This document shows positions 37,558 through 48,900 of a DNA stretch of 64,000 bases, one piece after another. The notes beneath the pieces are model-generated. The model saw only the letters and a program-made list of their open reading frames with translations, ran no database searches and was not told where the DNA came from. Location: the NCBI GenBank assembly GCA_944377465.1, contig CALWFA010000001.1, positions 3,994-67,993 of the forward strand. The letters run 5' to 3'. The position numbers were made by a program, and so were the translations under genes. Source of the DNA: an uncultured Clostridia bacterium (GTDB lineage: Bacteria > Bacillota > Clostridia > Christensenellales > UBA1242). Each line of letters opens with the position of its first letter. The stretch's first letter is position 1.

Positions 37558-38043
37558 TTATTCTTTTTCTGCGATTGCTTTTAATGCACGAGCAAGACCC
37601 GAAACTGGTGCATTGAGGACATACAATAACTGTGCAACAAGCTGATCTTTGCTAGGAATGTTAGCTAGAGTCATCACGCCTTTGTCATCGAGAGCCTGAC
37701 CATTGTAATAGCCAGCCTTGATAGACATTGCGGTGTAATCTTTCATAGCATTCTTGATCATGCGAGGAGCTACAGTCTCGTCATCTAAGCCAAACGCAAA
37801 TGCGGTGGTACCATTTAGTGATTCGTCTAGACCCGTGATGCCTAGTTGGTCACATGCTTTCTTGAACAATGTATTTTTAATAACCTTATACACTACATTA
37901 TTCTCACGCATAGACTTTCTAAGAGCGGTGTCTTGAGCCACTGTGATACCGCGGTAATCAACTAATACTACCGATTTCGAATCAGAAATCAGCTTCTTAA
38001 TCTCTTCTACCGCAGATTTTTTTGCTTCTAGATTTGCTGACAC
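37558..38043 (-). CDS. rplJ: 50S ribosomal protein uL10 (GTG start)
   Basis: 161 aa with typical uL10 sequence. SD aaaggagg lies upstream. Confidence 0.94.
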   Translation of the reverse strand: MSANLEAKKSAVEEIKKLISDSKSVVLVDYRGITVAQDTALRKSMRENNVVYKVIKNTLFKKACDQLGITGLDESLNGTTAFAFGLDDETVAPRMIKNAMKDYTAMSIKAGYYNGQALDDKGVMTLANIPSKDQLVAQLLYVLNAPVSGLARALKAIAEKE

Positions 38044-38192
38044 TTTATCCTCCTTTATGCTTTGTAAATAAAAATTCCTCTTGCCAAGACAAAAGGAATC
38101 TAATCAATCGACATTCTCTTCTCTCCTACACAAGCAACTTCGTTTACGCCAAGTGTGGCACTTGTGGTCTTTGGCAGAATTTTTATTTAACT
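38044..38192 (-). promoter_or_regulatory. rplJ leader with attenuator hairpin (L10-leader-like)
   Basis: A ~149-nt leader follows a consensus promoter. Hairpin auuccuuuug...caagaggaau followed by uuuuuauuu (38065..38100) sits just upstream of the SD. This matches the transcription-attenuation layout of Firmicutes L10 leaders. Confidence 0.55.
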
Positions 38193-38198
38193 GTGTAT

Positions 38199-38227
38199 AT
38201 TATATGTCAAAAGAAATGATTTGTCAA
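38199..38227 (-). promoter_or_regulatory. rplJ-rplL promoter (TTGACA-17-TATAAT)
   Basis: Minus strand reads ttgaca aatcatttcttttgaca tataat. Confidence 0.65.
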
Positions 38228-38284
38228 CAGTATTTTTACATAATTTTAAAATCTTTTTACTGTTCTATTTATCCGCTTGAACAC

Positions 38285-38358
38285 GGCGGAAGCAAATCTA
38301 GCGATTTTAGGCGAAGGCAAGCCTTCGCCCGGCACGGCTCACGCCGTGCGCTTCCGCC
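38285..38358 (-). ncRNA. Candidate structured RNA or palindromic element: 74-nt GC-rich four-helix junction
   Basis: A 9-bp closing stem encloses three hairpins of 7, 8 and 5 bp, all Watson-Crick. On the minus strand two loops are canonical tetraloops (GUGA, CUUG). Strand and function are uncertain. Confidence 0.35.
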
Positions 38359-38740
38359 CCCACCATTGATCCTGACTACTAGGTATATCACTCATATATG
38401 TTCATACGAAATAAATCTATAAAATATAAAACATATCTAAATATAAAAATATAAAGACTCTTTATACCATAATAAAAGAACTTATATCATAAACTTATAT
38501 CTCTTCATGAATGCTAGCAATAAGACAAGACCCTGATCTTACTATAATTAAATTATAAATCTATCATTATTCGTATATCAATAAATGTAGCCCAAACCCG
38601 CCTTGATCTGATAAAATCTGCTAAAAATACCATAATCTTTAATCTTATATACTGACCAAACACAGATCGATAGCTAATTTTTGACAAGATTTTTCGACAT
38701 TTATTCGTAAAAATATGGCATATAATCTCACAATCATATA

Positions 38741-38769
38741 TTGACATATCATGACGAATGTGATAAAAT
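38741..38769 (+). promoter_or_regulatory. Promoter of the 349-aa lipoprotein gene (TTGACA-17-TAAAAT with TG extension)
   Basis: ttgaca tatcatgacgaatgtga taaaat. Confidence 0.6.
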
Positions 38770-38792
38770 GACAAGAGATAATAGGAGAAATT

Positions 38793-39842
38793 ATGGAAAA
38801 TCTTTTAGTAAAATTAGCAAATAAGCTAAAAAACGCTTTCATTTCAAAGACTGGTAAGCGTGAAAACGCTTTCCCTTCAAAGACTAGTAAGCGAGCGATT
38901 ACTAGTCTCGTGCTAGCTGGAGCGCTAGTCGCTACTATGGTAGGCTGTACATATACACCTTCGACCGATAGACCTGTCGACCCAGACAACCCAATCGTCG
39001 ATCCGATCAATCCCGACAATCCTAACCCTAACCCAGACAATCCTGATCCGACCGCACAATATAGCGATATCCTACGAGCCGTACTAAACGATCCATACTA
39101 TGATGAGGTTATAGAAGAGTATCACAATGCCGAGGAGGGAACTGAGAGGGTAAATAAAATATTTGCCATACCTTATGGATATATCGAAAGTATAGGCATA
39201 GATACCACTCCAATCAAAAACGATGAAGTGGAGGCATATGCCACTACTTATATCAAAGATGATGAGCCGAATTACCTATATGTGTATGCTAGAGTGGAGA
39301 ATAATGACTCCACCCCGTACTATACTTGCTATAATCTAAAATATTCTATCACCGATCAAGAAAAAGAAGAGTTTGTAATGCTTCATGAAGATGGCTATAT
39401 CCAAGCACCATTCTTTGTCCAAGAGATATCTAACAAAAAGACTCCAGTGGAAGCAAAAGTCGCGAGTCTTACCACTGAAAGATATGAAGCGTATCTAAAC
39501 GACTTTAGAAGAGACAGAAATATTCGAGAAGTATTAGGCGACGACCTTGATTTCTCATTGTTAGATTTCTCTGTAGAAGATCAGACTTTTGATGTCCAAA
39601 TAATGACTCATGCAGACTCTATCATTGATAAAGGAGAATACAGGACTATCCAGCTAATACCTTCACTTGGTGCAGAAGTGACAACAATCGGGAATAATGT
39701 ATTAAATCAACCACTAGCTTGGACTTGTACTAACGAAGCATTGGAAGAATTTCAAAACAATGCCACAAATGTTACATATTATTTCTCATATAATAGAATA
39801 ACATTTAAAAATTATGAATCAGAATTAGAATCTGAGCAATAA
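38793..39842 (+). CDS. Putative lipoprotein with Pro/Asn/Asp-rich linker (349 aa)
   Basis: SD taggaga. The hydrophobic segment ITSLVLAGALVATMVGC ends in a lipobox-like Cys, followed by PVDPDNPIVDPINPDNPNPNPDNPDP. The signal region is unusually long (~50 aa before the Cys). Confidence 0.75.
   Translation: MENLLVKLANKLKNAFISKTGKRENAFPSKTSKRAITSLVLAGALVATMVGCTYTPSTDRPVDPDNPIVDPINPDNPNPNPDNPDPTAQYSDILRAVLNDPYYDEVIEEYHNAEEGTERVNKIFAIPYGYIESIGIDTTPIKNDEVEAYATTYIKDDEPNYLYVYARVENNDSTPYYTCYNLKYSITDQEKEEFVMLHEDGYIQAPFFVQEISNKKTPVEAKVASLTTERYEAYLNDFRRDRNIREVLGDDLDFSLLDFSVEDQTFDVQIMTHADSIIDKGEYRTIQLIPSLGAEVTTIGNNVLNQPLAWTCTNEALEEFQNNATNVTYYFSYNRITFKNYESELESEQ
38832..38897 (+). repeat. 33-bp tandem duplication (2 units, 27/33 identical) inside the lipoprotein N-terminus
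   Basis: aacgctttcatttcaaagactggtaagcgtgaa / aacgctttcccttcaaagactagtaagcgagcg, encoding NAFISKTGKRE / NAFPSKTSKRA. Confidence 0.8.
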
Positions 39843-39880
39843 AAACAAAGCCACCAGAGATCTGGTGGCTTTATGATATA

Positions 39881-39915
39881 AAAATCACTTCACGGGATCG
39901 CGTGAAGTGATTTTT
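39881..39915. terminator. Bidirectional terminator shared by the lipoprotein gene and the giant gene
   Basis: aaaa-tcacttcacg-ggatcg-cgtgaagtga-ttttt. A second hairpin gccaccag-agat-ctggtggc lies at 39850..39869. Confidence 0.75.
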
Positions 39916-39917
39916 CA

Positions 39918-42900
39918 TTAAATTATGCCTATACTACCTACAACTGTTCCGTTGCCATTGTCAGAGTCAGAGGTCCAAGTATTATAGAATACGCCTCCAC
40001 CGAGTATCACTCTACAGCCTTCTACTAGGTAAGTCGTCTTACCCGCATTAGGCTGAGCGTAGCCTTCTCTATATACATAATAACTACTGCGGTCCGTACT
40101 TGTACCACTATCTGTATTCAACCGTGGCCATACAGTCGCCCCATTGAAATATGTAGTAGAACTATATCTATATCTAGTATAGATCTGAGCATCAGGATTG
40201 ACTAGATACTTATTATAATTATAATTCGTATCCGTATTATTCGTCTGAGGCAATATAATATCTACAGTCGCCAGATTACCGTCTATTATATTAGCCGAAT
40301 CGGATATTCTATATAAGCCATCATTCGCTTGATAATAATAATTGTATGATAATGAATATATCCTTAGTTCTTCATCCGAAATTAAACCTGATACATCGTT
40401 AATGTATAGATCGTCTATTTCTGCCGAAGTAGAAATTTCTCCATAATACACTTTAATTGAATTTCCTGACATGACAGATATTAGATCCGCTATAGTGAAA
40501 TTATTTCCTTCGTTATCCCTATACACCTGTGTACTATTATTGCTCTCTTCATCATATATATACAAGCTAATATTCCCTTTATTTTTACTGATTTCATCAT
40601 CTCCAACTTCTTCGCTATCTATTATTTTAATATATGCCGTATGTTCTGTGCCTTCAGCTGTATTCTGAATTTCGACATGATATCCGCCCTCATAGTAATA
40701 ATATGTAGGAGTGTGCCTAATAGGACTGCTGATGCTAGTATTATATTGATATGCTATATAGTATTCTGAATCTTTAGCATTTCCTTCAAATGAGATATGA
40801 TACGGATCTGTAAACGAATATGGATATAGCCTATAAGTATAATAACTAGCATTATAATTTCCTGCTTCGACGGATATGTCTCCAGTATAAGATGCTGTGC
40901 TATCATTCTTCTCTGGCTCAGTCACAGCTGTTAACATATAATAATGTGGAGTAATGTCAATAATGACACCTTCTGCATCTCTTGTATATTCATTCACCTG
41001 AATATAGTCTACACCTTTAGTGAGACCCGTGAGATCTGGTTCGTCATCTTGTATGCGTGTGAATGTACCGACTTTATATAGAGACTCCATCCCTGTAATA
41101 GAAGTATAATTATTACCTATCGCAGTGTAGTAAGCACCTTGCATATAGCCATAACCTAAATCATATATTTTTGAGTCTGTCCCTATTCCATATTCTAATT
41201 TCCCATTATTTGCAGATACACCTAGAATAGGATAATATGACACCGCTTTAGATGAATAGGTAGGCTCGTATCCTTTATTCGCAGCGGTCGTATTCGACCA
41301 TTCTACTCCGTTTACTGAATATTCACCATTGCTATAGCTAAGGCTATTTGTGACGCCTCCACTAACCTCATATGTCATGTCATCTGAATCATACGAACCA
41401 CGCACATAGTAGTAGCCACGATTCATCACATAATCATTGTCCTCTCTCATATCTGATGTGTCAAAGTATTGCGTCAATCGATATTCCATCTCTACAGCAT
41501 CTGCCAGTATATAATACGCACCATCCTGGTATTCATAATATGGATATGCATAATATGTAGTACCGCCATATGTATATTCATATGCTCCAGCAAAATCATT
41601 GTTTTCACCTATAGGATCATTATTACTTATATCTACAGGAAGCTCAGAAAGCAACTCTGTAACATATGCACCATTTTCTTCGTGATATACATAATATCTA
41701 TTGATATAATAGTCATTTGGTCTCGTAGATGAGTAATACAAATAAGAATCTCCATTTTCACCCACATATGCACTATCGGATTGTACCACCATGACGCCAT
41801 TCTCAAACTTAACGGATCGCTGATATGATTCTGACATATAACCTAGCGTCTGATTTCTAACATTACTATAGGTACTTTGAACATAAAGTGTAGCTAGCGA
41901 CTGTCCAAAAATCACTTGTGAAATTGCATAACCGATTAACACATTAAGGGCTCCCTTAATAAGTTTTTTCACCGTCATTTTCTTTACAAGTGAGACAATA
42001 CCTTTACCTATTAATTTCCCTGCTCCTTTTATTAAGCTCATACCGCCAAATCCTACGAATATACCCGCTATTTCAACAACGGTTACAAATGTTTTCCATC
42101 CTTTATACCAAGGATATGTCTCTTCATTAGCTTTATTTTTCATTACTGTATCATAATTCGTAGTAGCTACACCATTCGTATCAAACATTGAGCCACTGTC
42201 TGCTAGCTTATCTGAAACAGTTACGCTTACACCACTATTACTTAATGTATTGTTTTCATAGAATACATTAAACTGGAAGTATACAGATTGTCCATCATAG
42301 TTATCTATTGTGCAGAAATATTGTCTAAAACTCTTGTTTGATTCCCAGAATGTTGCTTTAGAGTCTTCTCCTGGTTGTGGATTAATAGTTGTATATTGTG
42401 TACCTTCACTAAAATCTAAATATGTCAAACCTTTATAAATTCCTTCATTTAGATTTAGATTGTAAAGTGTAGGTGGCGGTTCATTCCATCCAAATATCGC
42501 GCCTGCCCATTGCCAATAATCTGGACCAATATTTTGAGGTGTATCATAATCTCCGTTGTTATCATAATAAGGATCGGCAATGCCTATCGGAGAATAAAGT
42601 TTTGGCATACCTTCTACTTCTTCATATACTGTGTAGCAAATATAGTTTGGATTGAAGATATAATTTGAGCCACTCTTTTCAATCATTGGAAGGTTCATCC
42701 ATGCATGCAGTCTTCTACTATAATCTTCATTCGATTCACCAGTGTTTTGCGTCGGCTTTTTAATGGAACCAGAGAAAGTATCTACGGCTGTGTCTTCAGG
42801 CAATATGCCTGCATTGACTGCCGCGGTCACACTGTCCGTCCATAATTTGCTAGGACCAGCCAAGGCTGTATTCTCTAACTTTAAATTATCAATAGTCCCT

Positions 42901-45900
42901 ACATATTTGATATTCTGAGCATCGTAGACCTCTGAGATAGCGTCCCATTCAGCTTCCGTCTGTGAGATCGCTCTCTGCATCTGCTTGAACATCGTGTATT
43001 CTGCTGCCCAACCCCAACTGTCATCTGGACGAGTAGGGTTCTTTGCCCTCGCACTATAGAAGCTAGCATCACTAGTAGGCGAGATTCTGAAGCTGTCAAG
43101 GTTGACATATGTCGCGATAGCGGTGAGATACACTTCATTGTCACTCTCAGACGCATCATACACACTAGGTGCATCATAGTAATTGCTATTCTCGATCGTA
43201 TTGATCGTAAAGGCGTAATAATGAGTGCCTTCTACTGTGATGACATATCCAGAATTTTCACTCGAACTCTCTGCTACCTTGAGCATACCGATCAGACCAC
43301 CGAAATTGGTACTAACAGAAGAATCACTATATCCACCAGTAGTCACCTGCGTGCTGACATCGCCTCGGAAGGTGATGTCTCCATTAGCGAGCACTCTACC
43401 TACCAGTCCGCCCGAATAGTAAGTATTCGTAGTGTTGATCCTGACTTTTACATTCATATCTTCTGTAATGGCTAGATATGGAGAGTCTCCACTCTCGACA
43501 GTGAGCTGACCTATCAAGCCACCGACATACATTCCTACGATACTATTTGCATCATCATTAGTAGCGCCTGTGGTATCGTCTGTGCTAGTCTTACCTTGGA
43601 TATAGATCGTCACATTGCCTGCTACTTTACCTAAGTCAAAGTCACCGATTGATTCGCCTGCGTATTGACCGATGACTCCACCTACGCTGTAGCCACCACT
43701 GACAATGACCTCTCCATTTTCTCTACCTACCAACTCTGGAGTCTGGATCACTGTGACGACTGAGTCTTGAGTCCAATTATCTGCCGCATAATAGTAGCCA
43801 TAGTAAGCACCGACATTGACACCTAGGCTAGCTACAGTATCTGCTGCAAAAGTATTGGTATTTATATAGAAATAGGTATCACTTGAGTCCCTATTCAGAG
43901 TGACATTGGTGTGGATCGCACCTGCAAAGCCACCATATCCTGTAGAGATATCATTGAAATCTACAGTACGCATACTGCCGTCACTCGTCTCAAATTCGTA
44001 ATGATTATAATTCACAATATTGTCATTGTTCATCTCTACATCGACATATCCGACGCCTGCACCATTGCTAGATGATTCTATAATGTTCACATCTACCATA
44101 TTATTTGCATTAGTGGATATAGTGAGATTGTTCGTATTGGTCATCACGATGCCTGCGTTAGAGTCGAGACCTTCCTGTGCACTAGTGACAGAGACATCTA
44201 ATACTGTATTGTACTCGATGACGCCGTCAAACGCATATCCTACGAAACCACCTATATTAGTAGGTATGACATAATTGGAGATCACCACATCTTCTTCTTC
44301 GTCGAGGGTCTTATAATTTACATATATACCTTTGACTAAAATCTCTGTCGGAGCCATAGCATCTTCTACGGTCTCTAAGCGATAGAAGTTATAAGAAATA
44401 TAAGAATTTGAATTCTTTAAGTATCCGACCATTCCGCCGACATTAGCATTGCCAAACACATTACCGCTAGCGTATACATTGACAATCTCTGCTCCATTTA
44501 CATACCCGACTGCACCGCCGACATTCACTGCACCGATGACCGAGCCAGACTGATTGCTTTCAGTATTTAGATTGTATAAACTGTCTAAATCAGTACCCGT
44601 GTCCGTATCTGCATTGTATGACACTAGATCATATCTCACCAAGCCAGTAGCATCATCCACCACTCTCTGATAATAAGTACCACTTGCTAAGCTTGTTGCA
44701 CCATTTTCTAGTGCTTTCACATAGGTCGAATCTGCATTGTCCAGACTGATACCTGTACCCGATGCTATGCCTACTAGACCTCCTACATTCTGATATCCCA
44801 CAATAGTGGCAGTATTCTGAATGTTCGTGATAGTGACATCTTCTGGCAATACGCCTACCACTCCGCCGACATTCACCGTACGAATAGATTTATACAATAC
44901 AGCCTGCGTTCCTTGAGAGTCAGGCTCGGTATTTACATTCAGCACATTGGTGCTTGCACCTACGCCATTTGTGTCATCTGTAGTGAGTCCGTCGATATTA
45001 CCTTCATTCTTAAGATTCGTGATAACAGTAGCGTCAGTATTACCCGCAATACCGCCGACATTGTAGATGACTACAGGTGTATCTGCGTCTACTGCTGGTA
45101 TGGTGATAATATTTGCGTTGACGATATAGTCAATGTCATCTTCATCGACCGTTTCGCCCTCTGCTATTTCATTGCCTAAAATGTTTGCCTTGTAATATCC
45201 AAATAGTCCACCATAGTTGTATCTATTAGTGAAACCAGTAAAAACTGTCGATATAGTAGCAAATGGATAATCTTCTGCTAAGAAATTCCATGCGCCGTCA
45301 TCTTCATCGATCATATCACTAATATCGTCCGTCACCAGACCGACCGCTCCGCCGACATTGGTCGTACCTTTTATATTGACCATATATCTATAATCTTGAT
45401 TATCTTCTGAAGCGTTGGTGATCGATATAGTACCTCCACTATATACGCCGACTATTCCGCCTAAGTTATAACCATTTTGCACGGTAATACTAGGCATCTT
45501 TAGTCCTACTTTTCCTTCAGCTCCAGTCATACCTGTCGTATTGAATGAATAGCTAACTTCTCCATCGCTCATGCTTCCCACTAATCCACCGAAAGCATGA
45601 TTTTGTTCATAGATTGTACTATATCTAGATTCAGTATCTGTACTATTCATCTGTATTGTTATAGTGCCTGCTTCTGCATTGGCATAAGAATATAGATTAT
45701 CTACAGTCAAGATGCCACCCTGCACTGAAGCCGCCAGCATACCAAACTGATAAACTTCATCGTCAGATAATGTCGACTCTATCCTGATCTCACTGCTGAA
45801 ATCAATCGCACAATCTGTGAATGTGATGTTTTGCGATGAACTAGCGATCAGCCCGCCCAAAATTCTCGTATTGATCGGATCGTCATTTGCCGACAGATCG

Positions 45901-48900
45901 ACGATTATATTTTCAACAGATGCTGAGACGGTAGAATTCGTGCCAGTAGCAGATCCAATGATACCGCCTAGAGACGCTATCGAGCGTGTCCTATCGTCTG
46001 CGGTGATCTTTATGATATATTCGTTACCTATGATCCTAGTAGCCACATTAGAATTGATATTTCCTATCAATCCACCCGAGACATCGTCTCTATCTCCTGT
46101 GAAGTTTACATACAAGGTAGAATTATATTCGTTCACATTTTCATTAGACAATGTGAGAGTACCGCCTGTCATCTGACCAGCGATCAATCCCATGCTCTCT
46201 GCTCCATATAATGTAACGGAATATGACTGCACTCCTGCAAATACAAAATATGTGATGAAATCTTTGATCGTGACATTACCCGAACTGATCGTACCAAATA
46301 GTGCACCGATAGCGGTAGATATATCTCCACCGTCTGCACCGGTATTGTTATTTGCAGTGACAGTAGTGCCTTCTAATATCTGGATATTGTCTACTACGAT
46401 GTTGCTAACCGAACTAGAATTACCATCAGCAGTAGTCAGACCATTCACAGTTTTACCTAAAAGTCCTGATGCTGAGAAACCGCTAGTAGAATTGCTACCA
46501 AACTTTATATATCCGATATAAGAATCTTGGATATTGTCAAATAGTCCGTCCGTAAGCCCGCTGACGATACATGCGGAGGCTGATCCCTCTCCAGTAGCAT
46601 CTAACTGAATGATAGCACTGCCGTCCGCCATTTCAAAGTCATAATATTTGCTAGAAATGAATAATCCATTGAAGGACGCTAGGGCACCATCATAGAAAGC
46701 ACTACCATTGTCTCTACCACCTACAGACATCCATGTCGCTTCTTTGTCTATGTCGTAGATCAATACATAGTTTAGTTTAGTCTGATTTGAATTTACGACC
46801 ATAGATACATTGCCATCAGCATCAAATGGTATAGCCAATGACTGTATCGCACTAAGCACTCCTAGATGCGGTATACGCATAGCGTTATTCAGCGCGGTCA
46901 TATTACTTGCAAACGCGTCGATCGTACTTACGCTTGCATTCGCATATTCGCCATCTACATTCGCTCCTGTACCTGTATACAGCTGATAAGCACCGTCACT
47001 GAAAGTTACAATATCCCCATTGAGCGTGCCAGAAGCGAGCTTATTAAACGCGATGACAGGATATAGATAATTGTATCCGTAAGTCAGACTAGCCGTATCA
47101 AAATAGATATAGCCTGAAGTATGCCTCTTCGCTGTCAGATGCCAGCTACCAGACAATAATGAATTATTTGCCATCAAATCCGCTGTCAAAGCTGTCCTCA
47201 ATACTTCGCCATTAGTACCTATCGAGACAGTCTCTACATTGGATAAACTATCTATATAGTTATTCTTTCCGCGTGCAGAATCTGCAGAGTCCTCTATGCC
47301 TTCCGTAAATAAGCCGTCTGCATATGCTATGAAACTATTATAATTGTCCGTGTCTTCTTCAGTCATCGTGCTCGAGCCGATCTGCTCGATCACACCTGCC
47401 ATGTAGCAGTTATAGATATATCCCTCATACGAGTCTAGTGAGTCAGTTTGGATCTGAATCAGTATACCTGCAGAGATGATAGAATCTGTAGCTAGATTGT
47501 CCTCGCCTATAGCTAATCTATTGTCAATATATCCGGTAAAGTAGCTAGATACTAATAGTCCCGCATTTTGATACGCGATACCAGCTAGCGTAGGTCTATT
47601 GTCTGAGCCTGAATCTGTGTAATTTAATTTAACGATCTCAGCTGTCGAATATGCATACTCGAGCATACCTTCGTTCTGTCCTACGATCAGACCGACATCT
47701 TGACCATTATTAAGTCCTAGCGTTATGCCCGTGCCTTGCACTGAGACATTGGATACCACGCCGTTATTATAGCCCACTATCAAGCCGAATATTCCCGCAC
47801 CTGTTAGTGCTGTGTCTGCATCTAGTCTAATGTGAAGATTCGACACTGCGCTATGTTTAGCTACTGCTGGGATTATGCCATAGTAGACTAACGAACCATC
47901 TCCACCTATTGTGATATTTTTGATATCAAAGCTAGAGATGTCATACTCTGTCTCTCCACCCATCAATATACCATTGAGTGCGACATTATTCGTACCGTCG
48001 CTCGTAGGTAGACTGAAATGATCGACTTCGTTGCTAGACATTATATAGTATTTATACGACTCTACCCAATTAGAGTCAGAATTTGTACCTGTCAAGATAG
48101 TAGGATTCAGAGCACTAGGTATATAAGTATATCCCCTTGATCCAGCTGTCGTATTTAGAGACATGATACTATAATTAGTCATAGCCTCGGTGAGACTCGC
48201 TATGAATGGTAGATAAAATTCACTAGCCGTATTCGAATTTGTATCCACACCTGTGACCTCTGCCCAAATATTTTGACTAGAGTTAAATGGATTGCTTATA
48301 TCTATTCGCCAGCTATTTGAGCGTGCGAGTGTATATGCTGACAAGTTAGAGCCCACACCAGATAGCTCTGGTACTAGAGCATAGTCAGATGAATAATATA
48401 CATGCTGTATTTCATCTTTATTTAGGTTTTCGACATCCCCAAACAGTGCGCTCGCATTCACTTTTTGAATAGAGCTATCCTGCACGCTATCCGTGATGAT
48501 GCTGGATAGTGAGTATACGGCATTTGCTAATACGCTACCGTCCACCTTTCCGACAAGACCTGCGAAATAGAAATCCATCTCGCTAATGTCCGAATTCTCA
48601 TCAGTGATAGGTATCACTCGTCCGATGCTCTCACAGTTGATCAGTTCTACACGGTAGGCTTGACCTACGAGACCACCAATATACATCTCATATGAGTCGT
48701 ATCCACCCAGTATAATATCAGTAGTGGACATCACCTCGCTAAGCCTGATAGTAGAATTATTTGATCCATAAGCCAAAGCGCCACCAGCATGCGCCACGCT
48801 AATATTAGGATAGCCACCGTCCTCATCTTCTGATGAGATAGTACCAGTGAATAGACATTGCTCAATAGAGATTGAATTGTTGTTAGTAGCACTAGCGTAT

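Noticed and set aside
38285-38358. Possibility that the 74-nt cloverleaf is a tRNA gene
   Set aside because: All three arms end in 4-nt loops. There is no 7-nt anticodon loop, no GTTCRA T-loop and no D-loop GG. The closing stem is 9 bp. I kept it as an unknown structured element instead.
38081-38422. 113-aa plus-strand ORF across the rplJ leader and the GC-rich element
   Set aside because: It has no SD, and it runs antisense through the rplJ promoter and leader. Its Arg/Pro/Gly-rich stretch is just the translated GC-rich palindromes.
38645-39040. 131-aa minus-strand ORF
   Set aside because: It is antisense to the promoter and 5' part of the 349-aa lipoprotein gene. Its Gly/Leu/Ser repeats mirror the Pro/Asn/Asp linker. 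It has no start signals.
45817-46176. Antisense ORFs inside the giant gene (for example 45817..46176, 51304..51702, 46192..46521, 48847..49185)
   Set aside because: All are short and lack SDs. They lie opposite a 21.6-kb uninterrupted frame. Repetitive GG-h-h-G codons on one strand generate Pro/Thr/Ala-rich open frames on the other.
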